Of a stretch of 64,000 nt of DNA, positions 1 through 11,615 are shown piece after piece. Position 1 is the first letter of the stretch; every line of letters begins with the position of its first letter. The position numbers and the translations under genes are program-made. This stretch comes from Sminthopsis crassicaudata. Its lineage: Eukaryota. The stretch is taken from the NCBI RefSeq assembly GCF_048593235.1, contig NC_133621.1, positions 63,789,148-63,853,147 on the forward strand, read 5' to 3'. The notes under the pieces are model-generated. The model saw only the letters and a list, made by a program, of their open reading frames with translations, ran no database searches and was not told where the DNA came from.

Positions 1-2053
1 TTCTTTTTCTCTGTGTTTCTCTCTCCCCCTTTTTTCTTTCTCTACTTCCCTTTCTCTTAATAGCTATCTAGCTATCCTGGCTATTATATTTTTTCCCCAT
101 ATTATTTAGCTCCATTTCTCTAAATTTTAGTGTTCTTGCCTCTCATTAAGTCATCTCTGAGAGGAAAAAGTAGAGAGTCTCTTCTCAGAGAAAAAATTAA
201 TAGGATCATTAATAGGAACCATTTTCAGTGGTTAAAATAAATATACATGTGCTTTACTTTGACTTCTCACAGAATTCACAAACACTAACTGATAGATACA
301 TGAGCCCCTTATGGAATGAGGTAATATTAAATATAGCAAAACTTTCCCTGTTCTTTACAATTCTGAGATTTTGTTGCAATAAATATTGTTTCTACTGTTG
401 GCTGGAGTATAGAAATAAATATTAATAAAACATGGTTTTGGTTGCAAGAGCATTTGTTTTATGGAACCTGACCCTTCTCCCCATTTTATAGACATCGAGA
501 CAGACTAGTTGAGGTTCCACATCTAGTCAATGACTTGTATTTGTTGTTTCTGGCTCCTAATCCCAGAAAAAGATCATCAGGTTCTGATTCTTCCCATTGC
601 TGCTGACACACATGCCTGTAGAATGCTAGTTCTGAAAGTCATTAATCCTAGCCAGCTTCCCGAATACCATGGAGCCTTCAACAAGAATCATAAACCAAAT
701 ATGGACTTGTAATGAGATCCACACTGCATCAATACTTTGAGAGGAAGCTGGATGGACAGGAATGTGGAATTTTTCTTATACTGGTTACAATAAATTAGGG
801 ATGGGCAAATTCTGGTTCAAATAAAGTAAGTCTAAACTTTCACCTCCCTTCCCCCCCTCACTCCCAAATGAAACCAACTCACATCTGAACTTCTGGTGAG
901 AATCAAGACTATAGTCCTTCTGTAAATACTCTCCCTTCACAAGTCTGTGCAGCTTTGTAATCCTCATCAGGAGAGGCAAGATGGTTCAGTGGTCTAAGTC
1001 ACACTCTAAACACTGTTGGACTGTAAGTAAACCCTAATGCCTCTCTTCCTTCATCCAGTACTGAGACAAATTTGCCTTATCCATTGAAATCAGCATTCAC
1101 TGTAGTAAAATACAGGTGGCATTTCTGAATGGAAAAAGATCAAAGATGATAAATCAAGGGCTGGTTGTTTTTGTTTGTTCCTCCAGAGAGTTCTTCAGTA
1201 GCTCAGCGCTTCCCTCCAAAGGCTTGCAGGGCCCAGGCTAGGTAAGATATTAAGAAGAGATAAGATAGTCATCTCTGGAACAAGTCAGTATCATACTAGA
1301 CTGGTTCTGATTAAGACCTGGAGGTCAGTGATGTTGCAGTGGAGTCCCTCTGGGGAGCTCTGAGTATTGAAAATATCCCATGGCTCTGCTGTCTGGGGTT
1401 AAAGTTCCCATCCTATCAAGTAGGGCTTTATGTCACTTCAGGGATGATATTGGTGCAAAGAATTCCTGTCTCTCCCCTATTCCACTCTCAAATACAGAAA
1501 AAAATCATTGAAGCTAGAATAGCAAGAGATGTTCATTGGGAAATTTTTTTTTATTGTAAGTATTCTTATTAAAGATCTGCTTGCCAAGATACATGGGGAA
1601 CTGATATAAATTGAGGACTAGCATCATCATTCACTAATAGAGAACAGTCAAAGTTTTCTAAAGAAGAAATGCAAGCTATGAGCTTGTCTCTGGAGCTAAT
1701 GTTTTAGAGTCACTGAAAGAACATGTGGAGACTATTTTCTACTAATTTTTTGATAGACTTGCCCTTGTTTTTCACTGCTAAATCAGAAAGTGGGAATGCC
1801 ATGTTACATGATTCTGGGTAAGTTCCAAAGTAAACACTAGGTACCACTGGAACTGGGAAGACCCAAAGGCATCTGAAGGCATTCCCTTTATGGGAACCAT
1901 AGGTCTTTACAGACCCACCCTCACAGAAAGGGTAACTGAAGAAAGAAGCAACATGTCTGGTTAGAGGGAGATATCTAATGGCATTGAGGTAAGTATTTGA
2001 TGATCAGTCCCTCATGCTATGTTTGTGGACAAGATAGAAAATGTGGGCTAGAA

Positions 2054-2336
2054 CAGTGGGGTCAAGCTCAATTAGACACACCATACATAAGACTCCCTGT
2101 GATTCATATTGACTTAGAAAATCATATATTAACATTATTCTATTGTATTTTATTTATTTTATAAAATATTTCCCAATTTTTATTTATTCATTTATTTATT
2201 TTGCTGAAGCAATTAGGGTTAAGTGACTTGCTCAGGATCACACAGCTCTATCCATTGCATCACCTAGCTGCCCCCTCCCAATTACATTTTAATACATTTT
2301 CTGCTATAATCTGGAGTATTATAGGCTTTATCTCTG
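2054..2336 (+). mobile_element. hAT-type MITE (MdoRep1-like) inserted in the L3
   Basis: Ends are cagtggggtcaa ... ctctg, with a degenerate 8-bp TSD ggctagaa/ggttagat (2046-2053, 2337-2344). A similar copy lies at 49135. Confidence 0.7.
2179..2275 (-). mobile_element. Internally deleted WSINE1-like SINE inside the MITE
   Basis: TSD tcccaatt at 2171-2178 and 2276-2283. About 60 bp of the SINE core is missing at a gct microhomology (2247/2248). Confidence 0.75.
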
Positions 2337-2645
2337 GGTTAGATGACAGTGTACTTAAGTAGATTCTGAAGTGATTTAGTGACCAGATCCAAGTTGTCAA
2401 TGTCAATTTGAAAGGAAGTCTCCAGGGAAGTGCTCCAGGGATTATCCTTAATCCTACCTCTTTAATCTATTTATTAATGATTTGGAATGAGGGCATGCCT
2501 CATAAATTTTTGGATAACATGCAGTTGTAGATAACACAGCCTATGATAGGAACAAAAAAGATCTTGAGAAGCTACAATTTAGTAGGGATAAATATCAAGT
2601 TTTATCATTGAATTTAAAATATTAATTTTCAAGTCATAAGATGAC

Positions 2646-2817
2646 NNNNNNNNNNNNNNNNNNNNNNNNNNNNNNNNNNNNNNNNNNNNNNNNNNNNNNN
2701 NNNNNNNNNNNNNNNNNNNNNNNNNNNNNNNNNNNNNNNNNNNNNNNNNNNNNNNNNNNNNNNNNNNNNNNNNNNNNNNNNNNNNNNNNNNNNNNNNNNN
2801 NNNNNNNNNNNNNNNNN
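2646..2817. other. Assembly gap (N)
   Basis: N run. Confidence 1.
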
Positions 2818-2884
2818 AAATTTGAAGTCAGGATCTCCTGACTTCAGAGTTGGTGCTCTATATATTGCACCACCCAGCTGCCCC
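2818..2884 (-). mobile_element. WSINE1-like SINE, 5' part (rest lost in gap)
   Basis: Near-identical to the 5' half of the copies at 6.4, 24.9 and 43.7 kb. Confidence 0.8.
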
Positions 2885-4349
2885 AAGACCTGTGTATTTT
2901 AGTGGACTTGCAAGATCAATATGAGTCAGCACTGTGAAATGGCCATCAAAAAAGCTAATATTAACCCAGGCTGCAGTAAGATATGGATAATGTCCAGAAT
3001 CAGAATACTCCTGCCATATTCTGTCCTGGCCAGACCACATTTGGAATATTGAGTTCCATTCTGGGTGTTACATTGACAAGCTAGAGTTCATCCAGAAGAA
3101 GGCAATCAGAAACTTGGAAGAACTGCTGATCATTATGAGATATGAGATCTGTTGAAGGAGCAAGGGCTATTAGGTGGGGAAAGAGAAGCCTTCAAGACGA
3201 TAAGTGTTTTCAGATTATCTGAAAGCTTGTCATAATGAAAGCTTCAGGCTCATTCTACTCAGCTCCACAGGGTAAAAATGAGTAGAAGATGAAGACAGGC
3301 AAATTTAGAGTTGATATAAAGACAAGCTTCCTAGTAAGCAGAAAGGTCCATGAGTCAAATGGATCATGTTATCTGATAGGTTTTCCAGGACAGTTGGATG
3401 ATCACCTGCCACGGTGAGAAGACTAGATGTTCTGTGAAATCCATTCCAACTCTGATATTCTATCATCCTATTTATGCCTACGTTTGAACTGGAGAACTAT
3501 TCATTTAAAAAAAAAAAAAAACTTCCTAAAATCACAAACCTAATGTCTATTCCAAAGAGGTTTAGACATTTTTCTAGATCATTTGAGCTTCACTTATTTT
3601 TATAATAAATGTACCATAAAAACAAGAATTGTGGAATGAAAAGTATAGACAAAGAAATTTTCTTTAAATTGTTGGGTACCATAAATGGACCATTTCCTGA
3701 TCAGCTAGTTCAATGGGATGGGATAATATATTCATTGGCCTGGAATCGCTGGGTGCAGGGCAAAGACTTTTATCCAGATGCTTTCTTTCTGAAACAATCC
3801 TTGAAGAGCTAGCTTTATCACTCACCAGTAGTCTTCCCAGAAAGAATAAAGGATCTGGGGTGTCTTCTGTACTGGGCAAAGATCCTACATGGCTCAAAAA
3901 TGCCTGACGGACATAAAATATTTACTCAAGAGTGGGAGTGGGAATGGGAGCAGAGAACCAAGAGTCAAGAGAACTGGGTTCTTTTCCTGGGTCTGTCAGT
4001 AATTAGCTGTGTAATTACTTCCTAACTACTTTAATCAATAAACAATCATTCAATTAGCAAGCATTTATCAAGCACTTACTATGTGACAGGAACTAAGGGC
4101 CAGGCCCCTCCCCCCCAATCATCACCACCATTGTCTCATTGGCAAAGGTAGGGTATAAAAATCAGTAATTATTTCATCAGTACATGGCATAAAGGACATA
4201 GCCAGAGAGATGTGACCTGAAAAAAAAAAAAAGGTAGAATGGTCAAGTGATAAAAATAAGGGGAATGTGATACCAGTGCCATTGGTATTCATCCAATGTT
4301 CAGAGATCTCCAGAAAAAAAAGCACTTAGAACTTTAGATGGACATTAGC

Positions 4350-4535
4350 AAGGGGTAGGGAAAGGAAGAGAAGGGCAGGGAAGGGCAGAGAAGGGAAGGG
4401 AAGGGAAAGGAAGAAAAAGGCAGGGAAGGGAAGGGGAGAGGAGCAGGAAAGTGAATGGAAAGTTAGGGAAGGGAAGGGAAGGGAAGAAGAGAAGGGGAAG
4501 GGGAAAGGGAAGGAAGGGGAAGGGGAAGGAAAGAA
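4350..4535 (+). repeat. Polypurine (GGGAA/GGAA-like) tract
   Basis: About 185 bp of almost pure A/G in degenerate pentamer repeats. Confidence 0.9.
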
Positions 4536-4734
4536 GCATTTATATATCATATGTGTCAGGCATTGTGCTAAGAGTTATATTATTTCATGTGATCTTCACA
4601 ATAACCTTGCTATTATTATTCCCCTCCCCCCCCCTTTTTTTTTTACATTTGAAGAAACTGAGGTTGAGATTAAGTGATGAACCTAGGATTACACAATTAA
4701 GTGTCTAAAGTCAAATTTGAGCCTACTCCATCAG

Positions 4735-4950
4735 CAGATGGAGCAGCAGTCCTGGCTTCTGGAGGACTGAGTTCAAATGGGACCTCAGACACTAGCTCTG
4801 TGACCCTGGACAAGTCACTTCACCCTATTTGCCTCAGTTTCCCCATATGTTAAATGAGCTGGAGAAGGCACTGGCAAGTCACTTTGGTCATTCGGCCAAA
4901 AAAACTTCCGCATGGGGTCCGGGAGAGTCGGGCCCACCTGAAACGACCCC
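4735..4950 (+). mobile_element. MAR1-like CORE-SINE abutting the intronic CpG island
   Basis: Contains the CORE (gtgaccctggacaagtcacttcacc...cctcagtttcc) plus the RTE-derived tail gagctggagaagg...atggggtc...gagtcgg...ctgaaacgac. Confidence 0.8.
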
Positions 4951-6130
4951 ACCACCTCCTCCTTTTCCTGGCTCCAGCCCTGCCACCCAGTTGCCGCCTT
5001 GCACCAAACCCCACGAATGGAGGTTCATCAGTAACAGTGGGAAGAGAACACCCACAGAGCTCACGCTTTCAAGAGTTCTTTTGAGGACTTGGAACCAGAT
5101 AGCAGATGCGAATGCCCTTGAAAAGTGAAAGCACTGTTCAAACAATAGGCATTTTTACTCTCTTACAGAACTGGCGTGGGATAGCCTCCTCTCCCATCCT
5201 ATCAGCTATTGAAAAAAATAACATCGTGGGTATTCTCCGGTTCCCGTGGTAGCGAAAGCGCATCTGGCTCAGTCCCCCTTAAAGGGTCCCGCTCCCCCCG
5301 CCCCTCCCGGCTCGCGGCGCGCCGCTCGGGGCGGTTCCGAGGAAGGGTCCGGCGGGAACCGGGGAGAGAAAGTCCGCCTGATTTCTTTCTCCGCAGGGCA
5401 GCGCGCAGGACATTTGATCCTATGCGGGGATGAAGTCATTGCCGAAGAGCGAGCAGAGGGAGGAGCGGCTCCCCAACCGAGCGAGGCTCGCCGGGGCCGC
5501 GGCCGCAGCCCGGTCCCCCCGCTGCCAGTTACCGCTCGGAGGCTGGCTGGCGAAGCGGGCCCGCGCTGCAGGCGCTGCGGTCGAAATAAAATGTGTCTAC
5601 AGCAGCCTGGATCCGCGTTTAAAAATGGCCCGTGTTATTTTAGTCCAAGGACAAGCCTTTAAAATGAAAAGAAAACTTTGGCTGTAATTAGGGATCCAAA
5701 GGGAAAGCCGTTTGAAAAGAATGTGCTTGCGAGCGGCAGGGAGACGGCTTCTCCTTCTCCCACCCGAGACTTAAGACAATAGTCTTCCTGAGGACTTAAA
5801 GGTCAGAGAGCGGCCGAGGAGCGGCCAAGTCAGACCCTCTGTGGGTTCTTGTTCTTCTCTCCGCCAGGCCCAGGCCTGGGCTCGGCGCTCTGCTTTCCAG
5901 TGAGTTCATTTCTGTTTCATGATTGAGATTTGAATCCTCATTCTTACTCATCCGAGGAAGGAGTTTTAACTTGCCGTGTCCTCCCCCCTCTCCCCCCCCC
6001 CCCCAATACAAATCCCCAGTCGTACCCAGAACTGTTGTTACTTTTGTCGGGCTTGCTTCTCTTGCTCTGAAAGGAGTCACCAAACGACTCCATGGTTACT
6101 CTCTGGTTTTATTGGAAAATGCGGTAACTT
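4880..6130. promoter_or_regulatory. Intragenic (orphan) CpG island within the long MKX intron
   Basis: By hand count there are about 48 CpG in 5221-5640, versus roughly 1-4 per 420 bp in background spot checks. It contains GC boxes (cccgcccc ~5297, ggggcgg ~5328) and a YY1-like AAAATGGC (~5622). Confidence 0.85.
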
Positions 6131-6328
6131 CACATGAAATATTTCAGGAATGGTATGAATAAGAAGTGAGGTTTACATAGTGCTTCACATGGGTTACCTC
6201 ATTGAGACCGCATGGCTCTTTGAGGTGGGCAGTATTTGTATTATTTCCATTTTATAATTGGAGAGACAGACTCAGAGGAAGTGACTTGAATAAGATCACA
6301 GTGCTGGTAAAAATGAGATTTGAATCCA

Positions 6329-6472
6329 TTTTTTTTCCCCCTGAGGCTGGGGTTAAGTGACTTGCCCAGGGTCACACAGCTAGGGAGTGTTAAGTGTCTG
6401 AGGCCAGATTTGATCTCAGGTCCTCCTGCCTTAAGGGCTGGTGCTCTATCCACTGCGCCACCTAGCTGCCCC
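6329..6472 (-). mobile_element. WSINE1-like SINE inserted in an older MIR-like element
   Basis: Full-length copy with a T-tail, flanked by aatcca (6323-6328 and 6474-6479). Confidence 0.85.
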
Positions 6473-6549
6473 AAATCCAGATCTTCTTAACCATAAATTA
6501 TAAATAAACACATTCTTCTACACATAAAAAGCACAAATTTACAGGATAG

Positions 6550-6810
6550 CATTGGGCAGCTGGATGATGCAGGGGATAGAGCTCTAGGTCTAGAGTCAGG
6601 AAGATTCATCTCTCTGAGTTCAAATCTAGCCTCAGATATGCCCTTGCTATGTGACCCTGGACAAGTCACTCAACCTCTTTGCCTCAGTTTCCTTACTTGT
6701 AAAATGAGCTGGAGAGAGAAATGACAAACTACTCCAGTATCTCTGCTAAGAGAATCCTAAATGGGGTCCCGACGAGTTGGACATGCCTGAAAACAACTGA
6801 ACAACAAAAA
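6550..6810 (+). mobile_element. MAR1-like SINE
   Basis: CORE plus RTE tail ending caactgaacaacaaaaacaac. Confidence 0.8.
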
Positions 6811-7109
6811 CAACACCAGAGTACAATATCTGAAGTCTATAATCAAGAATTATGACAAGTTTTAGCCTGCTCCACTGCTCCTGCCCTTCCCTCGAAACTT
6901 CTGGTTTGTTCTCTTAGAAAAACCAGTCATGAGGAAGACTTTTGACTCCTAATAGTGGTAGCTAGCTGTGGTCTACGAAAGTACTATGTGGTACCACTGA
7001 GAGATATGCCCCCACTTTTGCAATATGTTTCCCATCATTATCACTTCATATATCCATCATATATATGTATATATATATGTGTATACACACACACACATAT
7101 ATAGCTTGT

Positions 7110-7480
7110 GTTTCTATCTTCACAATGCCTCTCATATATACCCTACTATTCATGCAGCAATCATCCTGGCCTGGGTCCATATCCACTCTCACCTGGACTA
7201 TAGCCAGAGTTTCTTCTCCCTGCCTCAAGACTCTCCCTACCTTGTTTCCTACTTGAAACTGCTTACTTTTCTCGTGCTCTGAGAAGGTACTCCTCCCCAC
7301 TATCCACTCACCTCTCTATTCAAATAAATCAGTCCTTCGTCTGCTGTGCTTCCCCTCTACAATTCTCTGGACACTGGCAGAGATGTATGTTTCCTTCTAG
7401 GTTACTGAATAAGGGTCCCTGCACTCATCACTTCCATCACAAACACGTTCTACATTCTCTCCTACATGTCTGGGACCTTT
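7110..7480 (+). mobile_element. L2 LINE fragment
   Basis: The motif ctctcacctggactat resembles the L2 ORF2 3' region, and the strand is pyrimidine-rich. Confidence 0.55.
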
Positions 7481-7677
7481 TACCTTTCTTGTGTCGAAGG
7501 AAGAAAAGGGATTTTTTTTTTTCTTTTTGTAATCAACTTCACTCCCAATATGCACTAATGGAGAATTTGAAGGGCATAGTCTGTTAGTTGGGGATGACTG
7601 GGTTAGGATACCCAATATACAGTAGGCATTATCAGCTTTTCAGAAATACGGTGTCAACCTGCTGACCTGTTCTCTTC

Positions 7678-7806
7678 NNNNNNNNNNNNNNNNNNNNNNN
7701 NNNNNNNNNNNNNNNNNNNNNNNNNNNNNNNNNNNNNNNNNNNNNNNNNNNNNNNNNNNNNNNNNNNNNNNNNNNNNNNNNNNNNNNNNNNNNNNNNNNN
7801 NNNNNN
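7678..7806. other. Assembly gap (N)
   Basis: N run. Confidence 1.
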
Positions 7807-8337
7807 GAGAAAAGAAGAGAAGAGAATGGGAAGGATAAGGCTGATATTAAAGTATTAAACTACTTAGAGAAGGAAAGGAGCAAGCACCAGGAAAGACCTC
7901 TGATTAAAAATATCTGTAACTCAGTCCACCACCTAGAGACTCAATTAGGTTCTTAGGTGTTGTTTTGTTGTTTTGTTTTGTTTTTAAATGCAAAATCCCT
8001 ATTTGTGATGGATAACCCTATCAGCAATCCACATCTTAGTATGAATTTTTTAATAAGGTTAATTCCCCACAATAATTTGTATTAAAAGATTAAGAGAGTT
8101 CAGTCTTGATCAGTACAAAGGAAGAATGAATGTCCTTGAGGAACATCTTTGTGAAGTATTACGTTGGAGATTTCGGAAAGTCAGATCTTGAAGTTAAATG
8201 AGTAGTCAGAAGCTAGGGGAAAGCACATCCAGGCGATATGATTGCAAGGACAAAAGGGCACTAAAGACAGAACATTCATACTTTATACATCTGCCAAGGA
8301 TGATCAAAAATTACCTCCCCTGCTGCCTTTGGCATAC

Positions 8338-8494
8338 NNNNNNNNNNNNNNNNNNNNNNNNNNNNNNNNNNNNNNNNNNNNNNNNNNNNNNNNNNNNNNN
8401 NNNNNNNNNNNNNNNNNNNNNNNNNNNNNNNNNNNNNNNNNNNNNNNNNNNNNNNNNNNNNNNNNNNNNNNNNNNNNNNNNNNNNNNNNNNNNN
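8338..8494. other. Assembly gap (N)
   Basis: N run. Confidence 1.
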
Positions 8495-9388
8495 AAAGAT
8501 TAAAGAAAAATACAAAGAAGTTTTAAGTGTAGTAAGGTTTATCATATTTGATTTGATTCAGTTCAGAAAAAGAATGGATAGAGACCTCTATAAATGTAAA
8601 TAATTACACAAACATAGTGTAATATTATGCTAAATTACACAAATATAGTATATACACAAATATAACTCTTGATTAAACTGGATCTGAGTACCTAAATGAA
8701 TGGATAGACAGAGCTAAGGCACATGAAACACATTTTTATTTTTTATTTTTTGCTTATTTGGTATGGGAAGATAAGGCTACTGACGGCACTCATTATCTCA
8801 ATCTGTTGGAATTTGAGGTAGACAAGACCAAAACAAAACATGCTAAAAGAACTTTCCCCACACAGCTGGAAGACTGTTTGATTTGTGATTATATTCTCTT
8901 TCAGATTCAACTCCCCTTAGTTGCTTGTTCTGCCTGACCCTTTAACTCAACAGATACCCTCCCTTCCCACACAGACACATCCGTCCTTGATTGCCTCACA
9001 CAAACTGGGTCTACCAACTGGGTTCCGATAAACAATTTCATGCCCAAACTCAGGGACAGGAGGTGGTGGGGGTGGGGAAGCCAAGTTTAATGGGAAATTT
9101 AAAAATAATATAGACAAATAGCTATATAAATCAGAATGTTCTAACAAAATGCTAAGAGTTGAGGGGAGTTAAATTACTTCCACCTTTGGAGCAAGATGGA
9201 GGAAGACCAGAGAATGTAGCAGAATTTATTGAATGGAGTCCTGGTTTTGAAATCAGGAAATACCTGCAAGTTAGTCCTCTCTTTAATGCTTATTACTGGT
9301 GAGACATGCTTTAAACATCATGTTTTCATCTGCAAGAGGGAGAGAATAATGCCCATGGTTTTGGACTTGAAGAATTGTAGTAAGAGAC

Positions 9389-9623
9389 TTGTTGTTTTGG
9401 TTTAATCACATCCTACTCTTTATGGCCCTCTTTGGAAATTTCTTGGCAGAGATAGTGGAGTGGTTTGCCATTTCCTTCTCCAGCTCCTTTTACAGATGAG
9501 GGAAATGAGGCAAGTAGGATAAATTGACTTGTTCAGAGTCATGTAACTAGTAAGTCTCTGAGAATGATTAGGGGACAAAGGAGTCTTCTTGACTGTAGGC
9601 AGGCACTCTATCTACTGCACCAC
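9389..9623 (-). mobile_element. MAR1-like SINE
   Basis: Reverse copy: ttgttgtt...gtggtttgccatttccttctccagctc...gaggcaag. Confidence 0.75.
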
Positions 9624-9829
9624 TGAAGAGATAGGACCATAACTTTAGATCTAAAAGGAATCTTAAAAGTCTATCCATTCAATCCCCTCATTTTACAGAT
9701 GGAAAAACTGAGAACCAGAGGTGTTACTGACTTGCCACATAAAGAGGAGATTCTAACCTAGCTCCTCTGATTCCCATATGCTTTTCACTATAGACCCTGC
9801 TGCCTCTATATATTAGCTACTATCATTGT

Positions 9830-10260
9830 TATGGTGGAGAGAGCACTAAAGAGAGATCTAAAAAGACAGGAAAGATTATCATCAGCCAATGAAGAAAATA
9901 GAGGAAGATGTTCCAGGAGCTCAAAAGTAGGTGGAGTCTGTGGAATGATGGAACTGTGGAATCAGTAGGTGAATGAATCTGGATTAGAGTATGGAGAGAT
10001 GTTAGATGACGTTGGGAGAAGATTGAGTCAGTCATTGAGTACCACGCTAAAAAAAGGCTGGACTTTTATTCAGTAGGCAAGCCCCTAAAAGTTTTTGAGT
10101 AAAGAGGGACAGGGGCAGTATAGGACCCAACCAGAGCTGTGTTTTAGAAGATTAACCTCAACAATATATAGGAAAGATTAGTGTAGGAAGAGATGAGGCA
10201 GAACAAATAATAAGAGATAATATAAATAGGGGACTTTACAACTATTAGGCATGGAGATAA
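9830..10260 (-). mobile_element. L2-like LINE fragment
   Basis: Purine-rich antisense L2-like sequence (ggacttttattcagtaggc...agtttttgagta). Confidence 0.5.
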
Positions 10261-10949
10261 GGAGGATGGAGGGATTTAAAATAATGAGCACTTTATATAT
10301 ATGATCTCCCAAGAATATTTCTCTCTTGGGGTGGATAGCAAGCAATCAGGGTTAAGAGACATAATCAGGATTATACAGACACTAAGTGTTTTAAGCCAGA
10401 TTTGAAGTCAGGTTCTCCCGACTCCAAGATGGGTACTCTATTCTCTGTATCTCCTAGAATATAAACTTCTTGAGAAGGCAGTCTGCTTTTCTGGTTCATC
10501 TTTGGGTCCTCAACACTTTCAACATAGCTGACATTTAATAAATTTTTATTGACTGATTTATCTCATTTGAGATCCATAACATCCCTGTGAGGTATTATTA
10601 TTATCTCTATTTACAGATAAAGAAACTGAGGTACCGAAGAGTTAAAAGATTTGCCTATGAGCACACAGTGAGGATCAGACTTAGGATATGAACCCAGATA
10701 TCCCTAACTCCCTTAAACACTGCTTCAATTCTTCCAAGTTTCCAGCCAGGGAAACTGAGAATTTAGTGATAAAATTGACATATCTAGGAAGATCTGAAGG
10801 AAAAGCAGGATTTGAGGTAAAGATATGGAACTGATGTTCAGGGAAGGAATAGGGATAGAAAATTGAGTGAGAATTCATTGAGCTGGTGGTGCTAAAGGAG
10901 GAAAGTACTGAGAGAAGGAAGCTTAAAAAGACATAGGAAATATCTATAT

Positions 10950-11615
10950 AACAGGACTTTACCTATCTGATTGACCATGGGTCCAATATTTGGGGTTGAC
11001 CCAGCCTATAGGGCTGAGACTATATGAGAAGAGCCAGAGTTCAGGTCAAAATTGTAAACAACCTGAGATAAGATAAAGACCTCCTAGACCAAAATATGGA
11101 GGAGCCCCAGGGAAAGGTCAACTCCCCTGAGTCATTCTTTCAGAGAAAGACCACCAGGAACAACCAAAAACCCCTTACCCACTTTCTAGGAGTTTAATGA
11201 TTAATTAGTTGATGATTCCCCAGGAGTCTTTCTCTCCATGTCTTCAACTGCCGTGAATCAACGCCAGGCCCCAAAGCTGAGCTCCTTCCTCCCCTAAATT
11301 CTAGGTTTTGGTGGACTTAGATAAGAACCTTCATAAACCCTTCCAGGCTTTCCTGGTTTTGCCCATTGCCTAATTGCACAAGTGTTCTATTGGACTCTTT
11401 TCCATTTTCAGTAATTGCTTTTATTTATTGTAAATAGAAAAAGCACTTAGCACAGTACCTGGCACACAGTAAATACTCAATGTTTATTGAATTGAATTTA
11501 AAATGTCATCTCAATAAATCTGGCTTACTATAATGTTTTGTGTTTTCTTGTACTGAATTATGAAGATCCTGAACCTTACTAAACGTATAGTTGCTGTTCC
11601 CCATCGCAATTTACA
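10950..11615 (+). mobile_element. Possible solo LTR with an embedded L2/MIR-type tail
   Basis: Complex sequence unlike the local SINEs and LINEs, with AATAAA at 11513 and ending ...aatttaCA at 11615. The 5' end may be a TG>TA-mutated tgtaac. No TSD was recognised. Confidence 0.35.

Larger units (their letters stand above)
1990..3440 (+). mobile_element. Decayed L3/CR1 LINE ORF2 (RT to 3' end), interrupted by a MITE, SINEs and a gap
   Basis: Sequence near 3007-3060 reads LPYSVLARPHLEY*VPFW, resembling the CR1 motif LYSALVRPHLEYCVQFW. RT-like sequence lies near 2420-2530. Stops and frameshifts are present. Confidence 0.8.

Noticed and set aside
5531-5546. CTCF-like motif in the intronic island
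   Set aside because: It mismatches at a core position (C instead of A), and such partial matches are expected by chance in GC-rich DNA.
5246-5662. 138-aa and overlapping ORFs in the intronic CpG island as a nested protein-coding gene
   Set aside because: They are Arg/Gly/Pro/Ala-rich, as expected from stop-poor GC-rich DNA, and show no recognisable domain. They were kept only as part of the antisense hypothesis.
6329-6472. tRNA gene-like A/B boxes here and in other SINE heads
   Set aside because: These are tRNA-derived SINE heads with a CORE and tail, and no cloverleaf.
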